A DNA stretch of 64,000 nt from Candidatus Latescibacterota bacterium. Lineage in GTDB: Bacteria > Latescibacterota > UBA2968 > GCA-2709665. The DNA is taken from the NCBI GenBank assembly GCA_963662665.2, contig CAXXJS010000055.1, positions 1 through 64,000 of the forward strand. Reading direction: 5' to 3'. Position numbers and translations under genes: made by a program. The first letter of the stretch is position 1. Each line of letters opens with the position of its first letter. Shown in pieces: positions 9,513-19,500 of this stretch. Under the pieces are notes generated by a model. The model saw nothing but the letters and a program-made list of their open reading frames with translations. It was not told the origin of the DNA and made no database searches.

Positions 9513-10322
9513 ATGGAAACACAGACATCCACCGAAGGTTGCAACGCCTGTCCTTCGCACCATTCGGGCAACCTGACCAAACTTGGCGTGAATATGGCAA
9601 ACTGGGACTATGTGGTGGCGCTGGCCGGCAATCCGAATACGGGAAAAAGTACGGTATTCAATGCCCTGACGGGATTGCGGCAGCATACAGGAAACTGGCC
9701 CGGCAAGACGGTGGTGCGGGCGGAAGGCGGCTTTGCGGTCAACGGCCATCGGTACAAACTCGTAGATCTTCCCGGAACCTATTCTCTCTTATCCACCAGC
9801 CCGGACGAGGAAGTCGCACGGGATTTTATCCTCTTCGGCCGGCCGGACGTCACGGTGGTCGTGGTCGACGCCGCGCGTCTGGAGCGGAATCTGAACCTCG
9901 TCCTACAGGTACTGGAGATAACCGACCGCGCGGTGTTGTGCCTGAATCTGATGGACGAGGCAAAACGCCAGGGCCTCTCCGTGGACGAGCGACGACTTGC
10001 ACGGGACCTCGGCGTCCCGGTGGTACCCGCGGCGGCCCGCCGCGGCGAGGGCATTCCGGAGTTGACAAGCGTATTGAGTGACGTGGCGGCCGGCAGGACG
10101 GTCTGCCGGCCGCAGCGCATTCGTAACGAGCCGCCTTCGCTGAAGCAGGCCGTCGGCAAGCTCGTGGCGCAGCTGGAGACGACATTTCCCAACGTGCCGA
10201 ATGCCCGGTGGGTGGCGCTTCGTCTGCTCGAAGGTGACACACGAATCATCGAGGCGGTCTGCTCCGGAGAACTGGGAGAACTTAACCGAGTTCCCGGGCA
10301 GGAAAAGGCGGTGATGGCATGA
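9513..10322 (+). CDS. Split FeoB, soluble GTPase half
   Basis: [31 protein letters not shown]; N-terminal CNACPSHH; no membrane domain. Confidence 0.9.
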   Translation: METQTSTEGCNACPSHHSGNLTKLGVNMANWDYVVALAGNPNTGKSTVFNALTGLRQHTGNWPGKTVVRAEGGFAVNGHRYKLVDLPGTYSLLSTSPDEEVARDFILFGRPDVTVVVVDAARLERNLNLVLQVLEITDRAVLCLNLMDEAKRQGLSVDERRLARDLGVPVVPAAARRGEGIPELTSVLSDVAAGRTVCRPQRIRNEPPSLKQAVGKLVAQLETTFPNVPNARWVALRLLEGDTRIIEAVCSGELGELNRVPGQEKAVMA

Positions 10323-11755
10323 ACGATCCAAAGACAAATGAGCGACCCGAGGAACTGATACGATTGGCCTCAAAACTACGGTGGGAAGTTGGGTCCAATT
10401 TCCACGATTCCTTAATGGAGACGATCTATGCCAACGCGGCCCGGATTGCCGATCGCGCCGTCGCCAGAACCGGAGAAGCAGTCCGGTTCGATCTGGACAG
10501 GACGATCGACCGTCTGGTAACCAGCCGCTGGCTGGGTTTCCCAATCATGTTGGCAATCCTGACGCTGGTTTTCTGGCTTACTATCGAGGGCGCGAATGTG
10601 CCGTCAGCGATGCTGGCTGGCCTATTGATTGATACTGTTCATCCCATACTCAAAACGATGGCCGCGGCAATTGGGATGCCATGGTGGCTCGATGGCCTTC
10701 TGGTGGATGGCATGTACCTGGCAATGGCATGGGTGGTCAGCGTCATGTTGCCGCCCATGGCGATTTTCTTTCCGTTGTTTACACTCCTGGAGGACTTCGG
10801 TTATTTGCCCAGGGTAGCGTTCAATCTGGACCAGTGGTTCAAGAAGGCAGGAGCGCATGGAAAACAGGCATTGACAATGAGTATGGGATTCGGCTGCAAC
10901 GCGGCGGCGATTGTGTCCACGCGGGTCATCGATAGCCCCAGAGAGCGCCTGATTGCAATCATAACCAACAACTTCTCACTTTGTAACGGTCGTTGGCCCA
11001 CCCAGATATTGGTGGCTACGATATTCATTGGTAGTCTGGCGCCGACTCATTTCGCGGGGTTGGTTTCGGCCGGAGCCGTCGTGGGCGTTGCGGTTTTTGG
11101 CGTACTGCTCTCGTTTATTGTCTCGTGGGGGCTTTCCCGCTCGGTTCTGCGGGGAGAAGCATCCGCGTTCAGCCTGGAACTACCACCGTATCGGCCGCCC
11201 CGCGTTTTGCAGACGGTTTATTCATCCATCATCGACAGAACACTGATTGTGCTCTGGCGCGCCGTGATCTTCGCAATTCCCGCCGGCGCCGTGATCTGGC
11301 TGAGTTCCAATATCGTTATTGGACGGCTCAGCCTGGCGGAGCATTTTATTAACTGGAGCCAGCCCTTCGGCCTGCTTGTCGGACTAAACGGCGTTATTCT
11401 GCTAGCCTACGTCATTGCAATCCCCGCAAACGAAATCGTGATTCCCACCATCCTGATGCTGACTGTATTGAGCGCCGGGTTGACCGGGATGGGTGAAGGC
11501 GCGGGCGTGATGTTCGAACTGGATTCCGACGCGGCGGTCGCCCAGATCTTCGCGTCCGGCGGATGGAATCTCCTTACCGCGCTCAATCTGATGTTGTTCA
11601 GTCTGGTGCACAACCCGTGTTCGACCACGATCTATACAATCTGGAAGGAAACAAGGAGCGCGAGATGGACGACGGTTTCGTCGCTTCTACCCGTTGCCAT
11701 GGGCTTCCTGCTTTGTTTTCTCGTGGCGCAGATATGGCGGTTGGTGTCCGGATGA
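10319..11755 (+). CDS. Split FeoB, membrane (gate) half
   Basis: [35 protein letters not shown]; ATGA overlap with the upstream GTPase gene. Confidence 0.9.
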   Translation: MNDPKTNERPEELIRLASKLRWEVGSNFHDSLMETIYANAARIADRAVARTGEAVRFDLDRTIDRLVTSRWLGFPIMLAILTLVFWLTIEGANVPSAMLAGLLIDTVHPILKTMAAAIGMPWWLDGLLVDGMYLAMAWVVSVMLPPMAIFFPLFTLLEDFGYLPRVAFNLDQWFKKAGAHGKQALTMSMGFGCNAAAIVSTRVIDSPRERLIAIITNNFSLCNGRWPTQILVATIFIGSLAPTHFAGLVSAGAVVGVAVFGVLLSFIVSWGLSRSVLRGEASAFSLELPPYRPPRVLQTVYSSIIDRTLIVLWRAVIFAIPAGAVIWLSSNIVIGRLSLAEHFINWSQPFGLLVGLNGVILLAYVIAIPANEIVIPTILMLTVLSAGLTGMGEGAGVMFELDSDAAVAQIFASGGWNLLTALNLMLFSLVHNPCSTTIYTIWKETRSARWTTVSSLLPVAMGFLLCFLVAQIWRLVSG

Positions 11756-11869
11756 GGGCAAGTTCAGGGCCCGTTTGGTTCATTAGGGTCGCGTGTTTAT
11801 TCTATTTTGTAGCCCGTGTTGCCGCCCGATTCCAGGTTTCCGCGCAGGTTCAACAGTGAGAGGAAACAC

Positions 11870-12547
11870 ATGCTTAGTCAGGCTGCACAGGACTATCTGA
11901 AGTCCATCTACAAGCTGCAGTACGGTCATGAGCCCCGGTCCACCGTGAATACATCGCTGGTTGCCCAGAGGATGGAAGTTGCTGCGGCTTCCGCGACAAA
12001 TATGATTAAAAAGCTTGCCGAAATGAACCTGGTTCAGCACACCCCCTACCAGGGCGTCGAACTCACCCCGGCCGGAGAGGCCGTTGCCCTGGAAGTCCTG
12101 AGGCATCACCGGCTTCTCGAACTGTACCTCGCCGACGCGTTGGGCTATGATTGGGATGAGGTCGACGCTGAGGCAGACCGACTGGAGCATGTGATTTCCG
12201 AAGAATTCGAGGACAAGATCGACAGAGTGCTGGGGCATCCCACCACCGATCCGCACGGTGCGCCAATTCCCACGAAAGATGGCAACATAGAAGCTACGGA
12301 TTGCGTTCGTCTGACAGGGGTGAAGCCCGGAGAAACGGTGGTGATTGTTCAGGTGAACGACCAGAGTCCCGAAATGCTCAGGTATCTGGGTGCGCTGGGC
12401 CTGCGGCCCGGCGTGACGCTGGCTGTTCAGGAGAAGGCGCCGTTCAACGGCCCGATGACCATTGCAATGGAAGGCAACACGCAACACGTGGTGGGCGTCA
12501 GCGTGTCAGATAGCATTTACGTGACCGTCTCGGAACACGGTACGTGA
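11870..12547 (+). CDS. DtxR/MntR/SirR-family metal-dependent repressor with a FeoA domain
   Basis: AQDYLKSIYKL, HHRLLELYL, EADRLEHVIS, PTTDPHGAPIP; AGGA RBS before ATG 11870. Confidence 0.92.
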   Translation: MLSQAAQDYLKSIYKLQYGHEPRSTVNTSLVAQRMEVAAASATNMIKKLAEMNLVQHTPYQGVELTPAGEAVALEVLRHHRLLELYLADALGYDWDEVDAEADRLEHVISEEFEDKIDRVLGHPTTDPHGAPIPTKDGNIEATDCVRLTGVKPGETVVIVQVNDQSPEMLRYLGALGLRPGVTLAVQEKAPFNGPMTIAMEGNTQHVVGVSVSDSIYVTVSEHGT

Positions 12548-12617
12548 TTTTGCAGTCGCACCACCATCACCACGTCGCTATGTGTCGGGGTACGGCAGGG
12601 TAAAGGGCAGATCATAT

Positions 12618-15050
12618 ATGAATTTGCCAACTCGATTCTTCATATTTGCTGTCCTCGTGGGCGGTGTCGAGGTATACGCCGAGACGCCGCACGATCTGTC
12701 TCCATTGTCGCGCGAACAGGAGGTTGAACTCTTCAACCGTTCGGCAGCGATCTTCAGGCCGGATCTGCTCCCGCAGGACAGTCCCTATTTCCACGACCGC
12801 GCGGTTTGCGGTACACCGGTCATTATGGGTCTTGCCACCCAGTGGCCCAGGTTGAGCAAAAGGACACATCAGACGTTCGCACATTTGTTTCAACGGCCCT
12901 CGATGACGGACAGCATAACCTCTCCCGGTGGTAATTTCCGTGTCCACTACGATACTCGGGGGCGGCATGCCGTGTCGCCGGTCGACGCCGACGGGAATCG
13001 GGTTCCGGATTACGTGGAGGAAGTGGCAAGAACGTTCGATGCCGTCTGGGCGTTGCAGATCCACGGCCTTCGGTACCGGGTACCGCTGGATGACGGCGAT
13101 GGCCTGTTCGATGTGTACATTCAACAGTTGGGCACGCGCGGTGTGTACGGTCAGACCTGGCCCATCATTCAAGGGGATCCGGTGACGGCTGCCTACCTGA
13201 CGGTCGACAACGACTACATGGATCGTATCTACGCGACCCGTGGGTTAGACGGTTTGCACGTGACCGTCGCGCACGAGTTTTTCCACGCCATTCAATTTGC
13301 ATACAATGCCCGGAATCTGTCCTGGTGGCACGAAGCCACGGCGACCTGGATGGAAGACGTGGTCTACGACGATGTGAACGACTATTTCCAATACACGCGG
13401 TTCGTTCTGGAATCGCCCACCGTTTCGCTGGATTCGCAGCCGAGCTTGCAAGACGGGCATCAGTACGGCGCGTGTGTGTACGTCCATTACCTGGATCAGG
13501 TTTTTGGAAGAAGCGCCATTCGAAAGACGTGGGAGGGGCTGGGCGAGATAAATGCCACCCAGTACAATATCGTGAAACTGGACCCTGCAATGCCGACCGG
13601 CGGCTTTTCGGGGACGCTGGCCGGTTACGTCACCTGGAACTATTTCACGGGGACTCGCTATCGGGACGGGTTCTACGAAGAGGGCGTCTTTTATCAGCCG
13701 GCGGCATCGGTAAGGACCATCGCGCCGACAGCAGGCGGACAGGCATCCGGTTCGGGTACGGTCGACCATTTGGCCTCAGACTACATTGAGGTGGTAACGA
13801 AGGGGCTGCAGGGCGGCCTTCGCGCCGATTTTACCCTGGCCGGGGAGGGAAGCTGGCAGTTCTGGGCAATGTTAATCGACAACGACGGCGTCGGTCTGTT
13901 ACGCCTCGCGGGCTCCAGGGTGGAAATCCCCGACGCGGGTCATTACGACAAGATCGTATTCCTGCCCGTCTCAGACGCACTGGATGGGCACGACTTCAAC
14001 TACGACTACAGGATTTCGAACGTAGAATCGGTGGATGGCAGAACCAGACCACTGAACCTGACCGTGAACGGCAGCAGAGTCCCCGTCACGCGACTCGACG
14101 TTCACGCAGACCGTGCGACCGCCCGCGCCGAAGGAGCCGGCGGCAATCCGGTCATGTGGACCGTTGCGCGCGCCAGCGGCGACATGGCGATCTCCGTACC
14201 GGACCATGTCGACCTCTCATCGTTTACGACGGCGGCGGATTCGATCGAAATCCTGGCGGACGGGGGCGGTACGACGGTTGTGAAAGTATCCGCAACGGCG
14301 GCCGGCACGACGCCTTCGGTCGCCTGGGCGGTCTTCGGTCACTCGGTCACGGGGAACCTGCCACCCGTGGTTGCCGGGATTGCAGATACCACAATAGGAG
14401 AAGGACAGCCACTGGCCATTCTAATCGATGCGGAAGACGAAGAAGGCGACGATCTTGTCTTTACGGCTGCGAACCTGCCGGATGGTGCGAAGCTGGATCG
14501 GAACCACTTCACCTGGACGCCTGGACATGATCAGGGGGACCGGACCTACGAGGTCCAGTTCCAGGTCAGCGACGGCGTAAATCTGGTTCGAACCGACGTG
14601 AACATCCGCGTGACGAATGTCGACCGGCCGCCGGCGATTCGCGAAACCGATCCGCAACGCGGGCTGGTATTCGCCGCGCCGGGTGAGACGGTTCGTTTTT
14701 CGGTGAAGGCCCAGGACCCGGACGGGGATGTATTGAGTTACGCCTGGTCGGTCAACGGCGTTCCGGCGGATGAGAAGGGCTCGTCTCTCCTCGTCGCGGT
14801 TTCCATCACAGACGTGGATGAGGAGGTCGCCGTCCTCGTCACCGCAGGCCAGAAGTCGGTTGAACGTAAATGGACCGTTAGCAAGACGTTGAAGGGGGAT
14901 TTCAACAACGACGGCGCAGTCAATTTCGCCGATTTCATTGCCTTCGCCGCGGCGTTTGGTACAGAGAGCCCGAAATACGATCTGGACGGTACGGGTTTTG
15001 TAGACTTTCAGGACTTCCTCATATTTGCAGCTCATTTTGGCCTTCCTTGA
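12618..15050 (+). CDS. Secreted zinc metalloprotease (MXAN_6640-like) with Ig/cadherin-like repeats and a C-terminal dockerin/EF-hand-like repeat
   Basis: Signal peptide; AVCGT; VAHEFFHAIQ and WWHEATATWMED; DEEGDDL/DPDGDVLSY Ig-like modules; GDFNNDGAVNFADF...YDLDGTGFVDFQDF. Confidence 0.8.
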   Translation: MNLPTRFFIFAVLVGGVEVYAETPHDLSPLSREQEVELFNRSAAIFRPDLLPQDSPYFHDRAVCGTPVIMGLATQWPRLSKRTHQTFAHLFQRPSMTDSITSPGGNFRVHYDTRGRHAVSPVDADGNRVPDYVEEVARTFDAVWALQIHGLRYRVPLDDGDGLFDVYIQQLGTRGVYGQTWPIIQGDPVTAAYLTVDNDYMDRIYATRGLDGLHVTVAHEFFHAIQFAYNARNLSWWHEATATWMEDVVYDDVNDYFQYTRFVLESPTVSLDSQPSLQDGHQYGACVYVHYLDQVFGRSAIRKTWEGLGEINATQYNIVKLDPAMPTGGFSGTLAGYVTWNYFTGTRYRDGFYEEGVFYQPAASVRTIAPTAGGQASGSGTVDHLASDYIEVVTKGLQGGLRADFTLAGEGSWQFWAMLIDNDGVGLLRLAGSRVEIPDAGHYDKIVFLPVSDALDGHDFNYDYRISNVESVDGRTRPLNLTVNGSRVPVTRLDVHADRATARAEGAGGNPVMWTVARASGDMAISVPDHVDLSSFTTAADSIEILADGGGTTVVKVSATAAGTTPSVAWAVFGHSVTGNLPPVVAGIADTTIGEGQPLAILIDAEDEEGDDLVFTAANLPDGAKLDRNHFTWTPGHDQGDRTYEVQFQVSDGVNLVRTDVNIRVTNVDRPPAIRETDPQRGLVFAAPGETVRFSVKAQDPDGDVLSYAWSVNGVPADEKGSSLLVAVSITDVDEEVAVLVTAGQKSVERKWTVSKTLKGDFNNDGAVNFADFIAFAAAFGTESPKYDLDGTGFVDFQDFLIFAAHFGLP

Positions 15051-15171
15051 TCGCCGGGTCGCGTATGGTCCATTGGAGTGGAAGCCCTTTAGTGTTTGTT
15101 TTTATACTACCTTTTGTTAAATTACATCCCGTGAGGCACTACCCTGGTCCAAACCGGTTACAGGTGAAAGA

Positions 15172-15951
15172 TTGATCACGCTTCGCTCAGAACGGGAACT
15201 GGAAAGAATCCGGGACGCCTGTCGGATCGTCGGGCTTGCGCATCGGGCCCTCCGGGAGTGGATTCGACCTGGAATCCCTACGTCCCGGCTGGACGGAATC
15301 GCGGAGGAACTGATCCGCGACCACGGCGCGTCTCCGGCTTTTAAGGGATACCAGGGGTATCCTGCAGCCACCTGCATTTCCGTCAACGAACAGGTCGTTC
15401 ATGGCATTCCGGGATACCGTGAATTGCGCGAAGGAGATCTTGTAAGCATCGATATAGGTGCCAGGTTAAAGGGATATTACGGCGACCAGGCGATTTCATT
15501 TGCCGTAGGCGCCGTGCCACCCGAGGTCCGGAAGTTGATAACGGTTACGCGCGAGTCTCTTTTCAGAGGCATCGAAGGGGCGCAGGAGGGCCGACGTTTA
15601 GCGGACGTATGCGGGTCCATTCAACAGTGGGTGGAGTCGCACGGGTTTTCGGTTGTTCGTCAATTCGTCGGGCACGGAATCGGACGCAGGCTGCACGAAG
15701 ACCCCGCAGTGCCGAACTATGTACCACTGGAAAAGAATCCGCGGCTGCGGCGTGGAATCGTAATTGCGATTGAGCCGATGGTGAACCAGGGGAGGCCGGA
15801 GGTCGTGGTCGCCAGCGACGGATGGACGGCATCGGCCAGAGATGGATTGCCCTCGGCGCATTTTGAGCATGTCGTAGCTGTCACCGATGGCGAGCCGGCG
15901 CTGCTGACAATGACCGAAGAGGAAATCTTCGAGGGGGAGTTCGCCCATTAG
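15172..15951 (+). CDS. map: Methionine aminopeptidase type I
   Basis: CISVNEQVVHGIP, GHGIGRRLHEDP, AIEPMVN, SAHFEH. Confidence 0.95.
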   Translation: MITLRSERELERIRDACRIVGLAHRALREWIRPGIPTSRLDGIAEELIRDHGASPAFKGYQGYPAATCISVNEQVVHGIPGYRELREGDLVSIDIGARLKGYYGDQAISFAVGAVPPEVRKLITVTRESLFRGIEGAQEGRRLADVCGSIQQWVESHGFSVVRQFVGHGIGRRLHEDPAVPNYVPLEKNPRLRRGIVIAIEPMVNQGRPEVVVASDGWTASARDGLPSAHFEHVVAVTDGEPALLTMTEEEIFEGEFAH

Positions 15952-16024
15952 ATCTCAATGCACTTTGGACGCATCCGGTCCCCCATTCGGGAGGCCGGTC
16001 CGTTTTTTTGTTCGACGTTGACCC

Positions 16025-16552
16025 ATGAATCTTATCGGACGATTCCTGAGTGCGTTGGCCGGGCTTCTGCTTATCTGCGCTTGCGATCAGCACTACAAGG
16101 AAGGTGCGCATCCGCCTCCGAAGCCGCGGCGGCCAGTCCTGCCGGCGGGACATCCTCCCGTCGGGACTGACCGAAGGCCATCCGCGGAAGCCGTCGGTAA
16201 AACCGTAAGCGGCACCATTCGGATCAGGCGGGAGTTGCAGAACCGGATCCCGGACGGCGCTTATCTGTTTATCATTGCGCGTGAGCGGGCCGACGGGGGC
16301 CCGCCTTACGCCCTCAAACGCATCCCCGTGCCTGCGCTTCCGTACCGATATTCGCTCACACAAGCCGACGTCGCACGGATGTTCGGCGACGGAATCGTAT
16401 TGGCGGACATCCCCGAGATGTATATGGTAGCCAAAATCGACCGGGATGGTTTCGTGGGCGTACAACCGGGCGATATGGAGGGCGTGTGCGCGAAGAATCC
16501 GATTGCCGCAGGTGAGCTTCAGGCCGACATTTTAATCGAACGGATTCACTGA
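16025..16552 (+). CDS. Putative lipoprotein resembling the C-terminal Ig-like domain of CcmI/CycH
   Basis: Lipobox-like LLICAC, LPAGHPPV motif, YLFIIAR...PPYALKR...LPYRYSL...GDMEG pattern; family call is tentative. Confidence 0.6.
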   Translation: MNLIGRFLSALAGLLLICACDQHYKEGAHPPPKPRRPVLPAGHPPVGTDRRPSAEAVGKTVSGTIRIRRELQNRIPDGAYLFIIARERADGGPPYALKRIPVPALPYRYSLTQADVARMFGDGIVLADIPEMYMVAKIDRDGFVGVQPGDMEGVCAKNPIAAGELQADILIERIH

Positions 16553-16703
16553 CGCCGGATCGTGATGGAATCACACGGAACGTACGAGAGCAAGAAGCGT
16601 CTTACAGTCTGCGATTCGGGCAGGAACGAATCTTCGAATTGAGCGTTACAGATTGAAGAGTACAGGTTTTCTGCGAAAGCGTCACGGAGCGAGGTGTGCA
16701 AAT

Positions 16704-17873
16704 ATGGGTCGCCGTCCACTCTGGACGACAATGCTGATTGCGGCGCTGTTGTCAGGCTGCGGCAATAGAGAGGAGAATCCGGTCGGGTCCGGTCTGGTTA
16801 CCCGCGGGCATGGCCGGGTAGTGGAACTTCCGCTTCTGCCTTCCAACGGTGGCTCCACCCGGTTCGAGGGTACCTTTAGCCGGGGATTCGGCGAAGATGA
16901 ACAGTTGATGGTCGGTCGAATGGGCGGTCTCGTTTTTCGGTCGCTGATACGGGTCCGTCTGGATCCTGATTCTCTGGTTACGGCGGCGGCGGGCTCGAGC
17001 GGGGCAACGCCGGACGTTCGCTCCGTTCAGATATGGATCTGGAAACGGGAGGCCGCCAGAGGTCTGGAGGAACTTCAGGTACACCGTCCGGAACAGGCCT
17101 GGAACGAGGCGGATGCATTTGTAGATACACTGAGTCACGCGGCTGTAAACTTCGCTTCATCCGGAATCGACGGGGCGTCCGCGTCGGCCCTGGGGGACAG
17201 CCTGCTCCGGATAGATCTCCCGCCAGAGTACTTGATTTCGGCCTTAAGGGAAAGTCCTGACAGCCCATCGCTCGATGTGCTTCTGCAACCTGCCCCGGGC
17301 GCCCGGTTTTTCTCGAGTCTGGTGTCTAATGACGATTCGCTGCCTGAAAATTTCAACAGGCTTCCTGAACTTCGAATTGCGTATTCCGTTGGCGGGGATT
17401 TATTTACGCACGTTTCGGATGCAACGGAAGACACGTACTGGGTGGCCCGGGACGGCCCCGAACCAGGGATGCTGGTGCTGGCGACAACCGTTCGTCTCAG
17501 CCCCGTGTTTCGCTTCGATCTGCCCGATTCCATTCCGATTGGGTCGACGGTTACGTCTTCGGAACTGTGGCTGAACTATGATCGGTCGCAGTCGATGTTC
17601 GGCGAGTTTACGTTCACGATAGAACGCATCAGCATCAACTCGACTACGGGAGATACGACATTTTCCATAGTCAATACCTGGGATTTCGACGAACAAGAGG
17701 CATCTTACACGCTGGACCAGACCCTCGTTCAGGGCTGGCTTTCGGGCACGACGCGAAATCTCGGCCTCGCGCTGAGCACCCCGATTACCGACCTCCAGAA
17801 CTGGAACGTCAACTGGGTCGTTTTCCACAATCCGATGTTAAGGCTGGTCTATTCAACCCCTCCCGATCCATAA
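16704..17873 (+). CDS. Hypothetical lipoprotein
   Basis: Lipobox LLSGC followed by ENPVGSGL; no catalytic motif recognised. Confidence 0.72.
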   Translation: MGRRPLWTTMLIAALLSGCGNREENPVGSGLVTRGHGRVVELPLLPSNGGSTRFEGTFSRGFGEDEQLMVGRMGGLVFRSLIRVRLDPDSLVTAAAGSSGATPDVRSVQIWIWKREAARGLEELQVHRPEQAWNEADAFVDTLSHAAVNFASSGIDGASASALGDSLLRIDLPPEYLISALRESPDSPSLDVLLQPAPGARFFSSLVSNDDSLPENFNRLPELRIAYSVGGDLFTHVSDATEDTYWVARDGPEPGMLVLATTVRLSPVFRFDLPDSIPIGSTVTSSELWLNYDRSQSMFGEFTFTIERISINSTTGDTTFSIVNTWDFDEQEASYTLDQTLVQGWLSGTTRNLGLALSTPITDLQNWNVNWVVFHNPMLRLVYSTPPDP

Positions 17874-17897
17874 CAACGCGTCCATTCGAGGAAAAAC

Positions 17898-19145
17898 GTG
17901 AGTCATTCAGGCAGGTTTTCAGTTTTGTTGTGCAGTTTACTCGTGCTCGTCGTTCGGGTGGATTCGCCATTTGCAAAATCCATCTTCTCCTTCAATGGCA
18001 TCGGTGATTCGGAACGCCGTGTTGACGTGCGGGCAAGGGGCATGGGGGGTGCGGGGCGTGCACTTGCCGACAGCCAGAATTTCAGTTCGGCAAATCCCGC
18101 GCTTCTGGCTGCATTTTCGCGCGCCGGCGTGCAGAGTCGCTTCTTCGTGCAACGCCGTTCTCTTAACGACGGACGGAGCCGGCACGTGGTCTCAGAGGGT
18201 GATATCGGCGCGTTCCAGGTCGTGTTGCCCATTCGGAGCGGTACGGTTTTTGGCGCGGGACTGGAACCGTTAACCGACCTGGATTTTGATCTTGTTGGCT
18301 CCGACAGTACCTCTGCGGTGCCATATACGTTGCGGGTCAACGCAACGGGCGGCATCCAGGCATTTACTTTTGGACTCGCAAACCGGTGGGGCGGCTTGTT
18401 GCTGGGCGGGAACCTGAGCGTCATCTCGATTGGTACCATCACCGAACGCTGGATTAAAGATTTCAGTTCGACCGGATCGGATGGATCCGCAGGATCTATC
18501 GTGGTGGATTCCAATAACCGGCAGATTTCAGAATACCTGAACAGCGAGGATCGTTACGTGCGAACGCACAGTGGTACGCAGCCCACGCTTGGCGCGGTAT
18601 ACACCAGGGGTGCGAAGTGGTACGTCGGGGCCGCGTACCGCGCCGCCACCACGATCACCCAGACACGCATTCTGCGCAATTTTTTCGCCGAAATAGGGTT
18701 CGAAGATGAGGCCCGTTCCCGGCTGGATGTGAAAATACCTGCCAGTTTCGGTGTGGGGCTGGCGTACCGGGCCGGATATCGTTGGCTGGCAGCACTCGAT
18801 TTCGAACGTGCTTTCTGGGAAAAAACGGAGGCGGGTCGCTATAATACGACCGACCTGGCGGGTGGCGTCCTTTACAGAACGGGCGATCCGGATAGCCGCA
18901 GTACGCGCCGACGAATCGAATTGACGGCCGGAGCATACTATCGGTCGCTTTATTTCAAGACCGCCGGGGGCTCACCGATTGGAGAGGCGGGCGTAAGCAT
19001 GGGGATTTCGCTGCCCTTCGAAACCCGCAGCGCGGGCAATTTTCGATATGTAATCGAGTTTGGCAGACGAGGTGACGTGACCAGACACGGAGCTTCGGAG
19101 CAATTTATCATGCAGACGTTCTCGCTGTCCGGATGGTTACATTAG
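17898..19145 (+). CDS. Outer-membrane beta-barrel protein, FadL/TodX/PorV-like
   Basis: Signal peptide, SIFSFNGIG, RARGMGG, NPALLA, amphipathic strands, EFGRRG near the C-terminus. Confidence 0.75.
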   Translation: MSHSGRFSVLLCSLLVLVVRVDSPFAKSIFSFNGIGDSERRVDVRARGMGGAGRALADSQNFSSANPALLAAFSRAGVQSRFFVQRRSLNDGRSRHVVSEGDIGAFQVVLPIRSGTVFGAGLEPLTDLDFDLVGSDSTSAVPYTLRVNATGGIQAFTFGLANRWGGLLLGGNLSVISIGTITERWIKDFSSTGSDGSAGSIVVDSNNRQISEYLNSEDRYVRTHSGTQPTLGAVYTRGAKWYVGAAYRAATTITQTRILRNFFAEIGFEDEARSRLDVKIPASFGVGLAYRAGYRWLAALDFERAFWEKTEAGRYNTTDLAGGVLYRTGDPDSRSTRRRIELTAGAYYRSLYFKTAGGSPIGEAGVSMGISLPFETRSAGNFRYVIEFGRRGDVTRHGASEQFIMQTFSLSGWLH

Positions 19146-19192
19146 CGATCGATAGTCAATGGTCATCGGATTCGGCGTCTTAAAGAAGATTT

Positions 19193-19219
19193 GCCATCCT
19201 ACCTGTGGATGGCTTTTTT
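19193..19219 (+). terminator. Intrinsic terminator
   Basis: GCCATCC-7 nt-GGATGGC followed by TTTTTT. Confidence 0.7.
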
Positions 19220-19500
19220 CATGCCACCGGGCACATAGAACGTCCCGTCCCGAAGTTCGTCTCCATCCTTCCGCCGGATTCTAACGTCTCGTTACATTGC
19301 CAAAAGGCGGTGAGACGGAAGAGGTAGGCCGTGTCAGTTACATTCCCGTATCACTTGTCCGCAAATGGACGCTTGTTGTGCGAAACGAGATGTGGATTGT
19401 GCAGCCGCACGAACGTCAACCGATCGGGCATTTGGTTCATGCTGACGGATGAGATCTGATCCCTGTATTTGCTGCGTCCGGTGTGATGAATTCCAGCAGT

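Noticed and set aside
19220-19500. Long gap between convergent genes as a possible ncRNA
   Set aside because: No recognisable RNA family signature or convincing long-range pairing by eye
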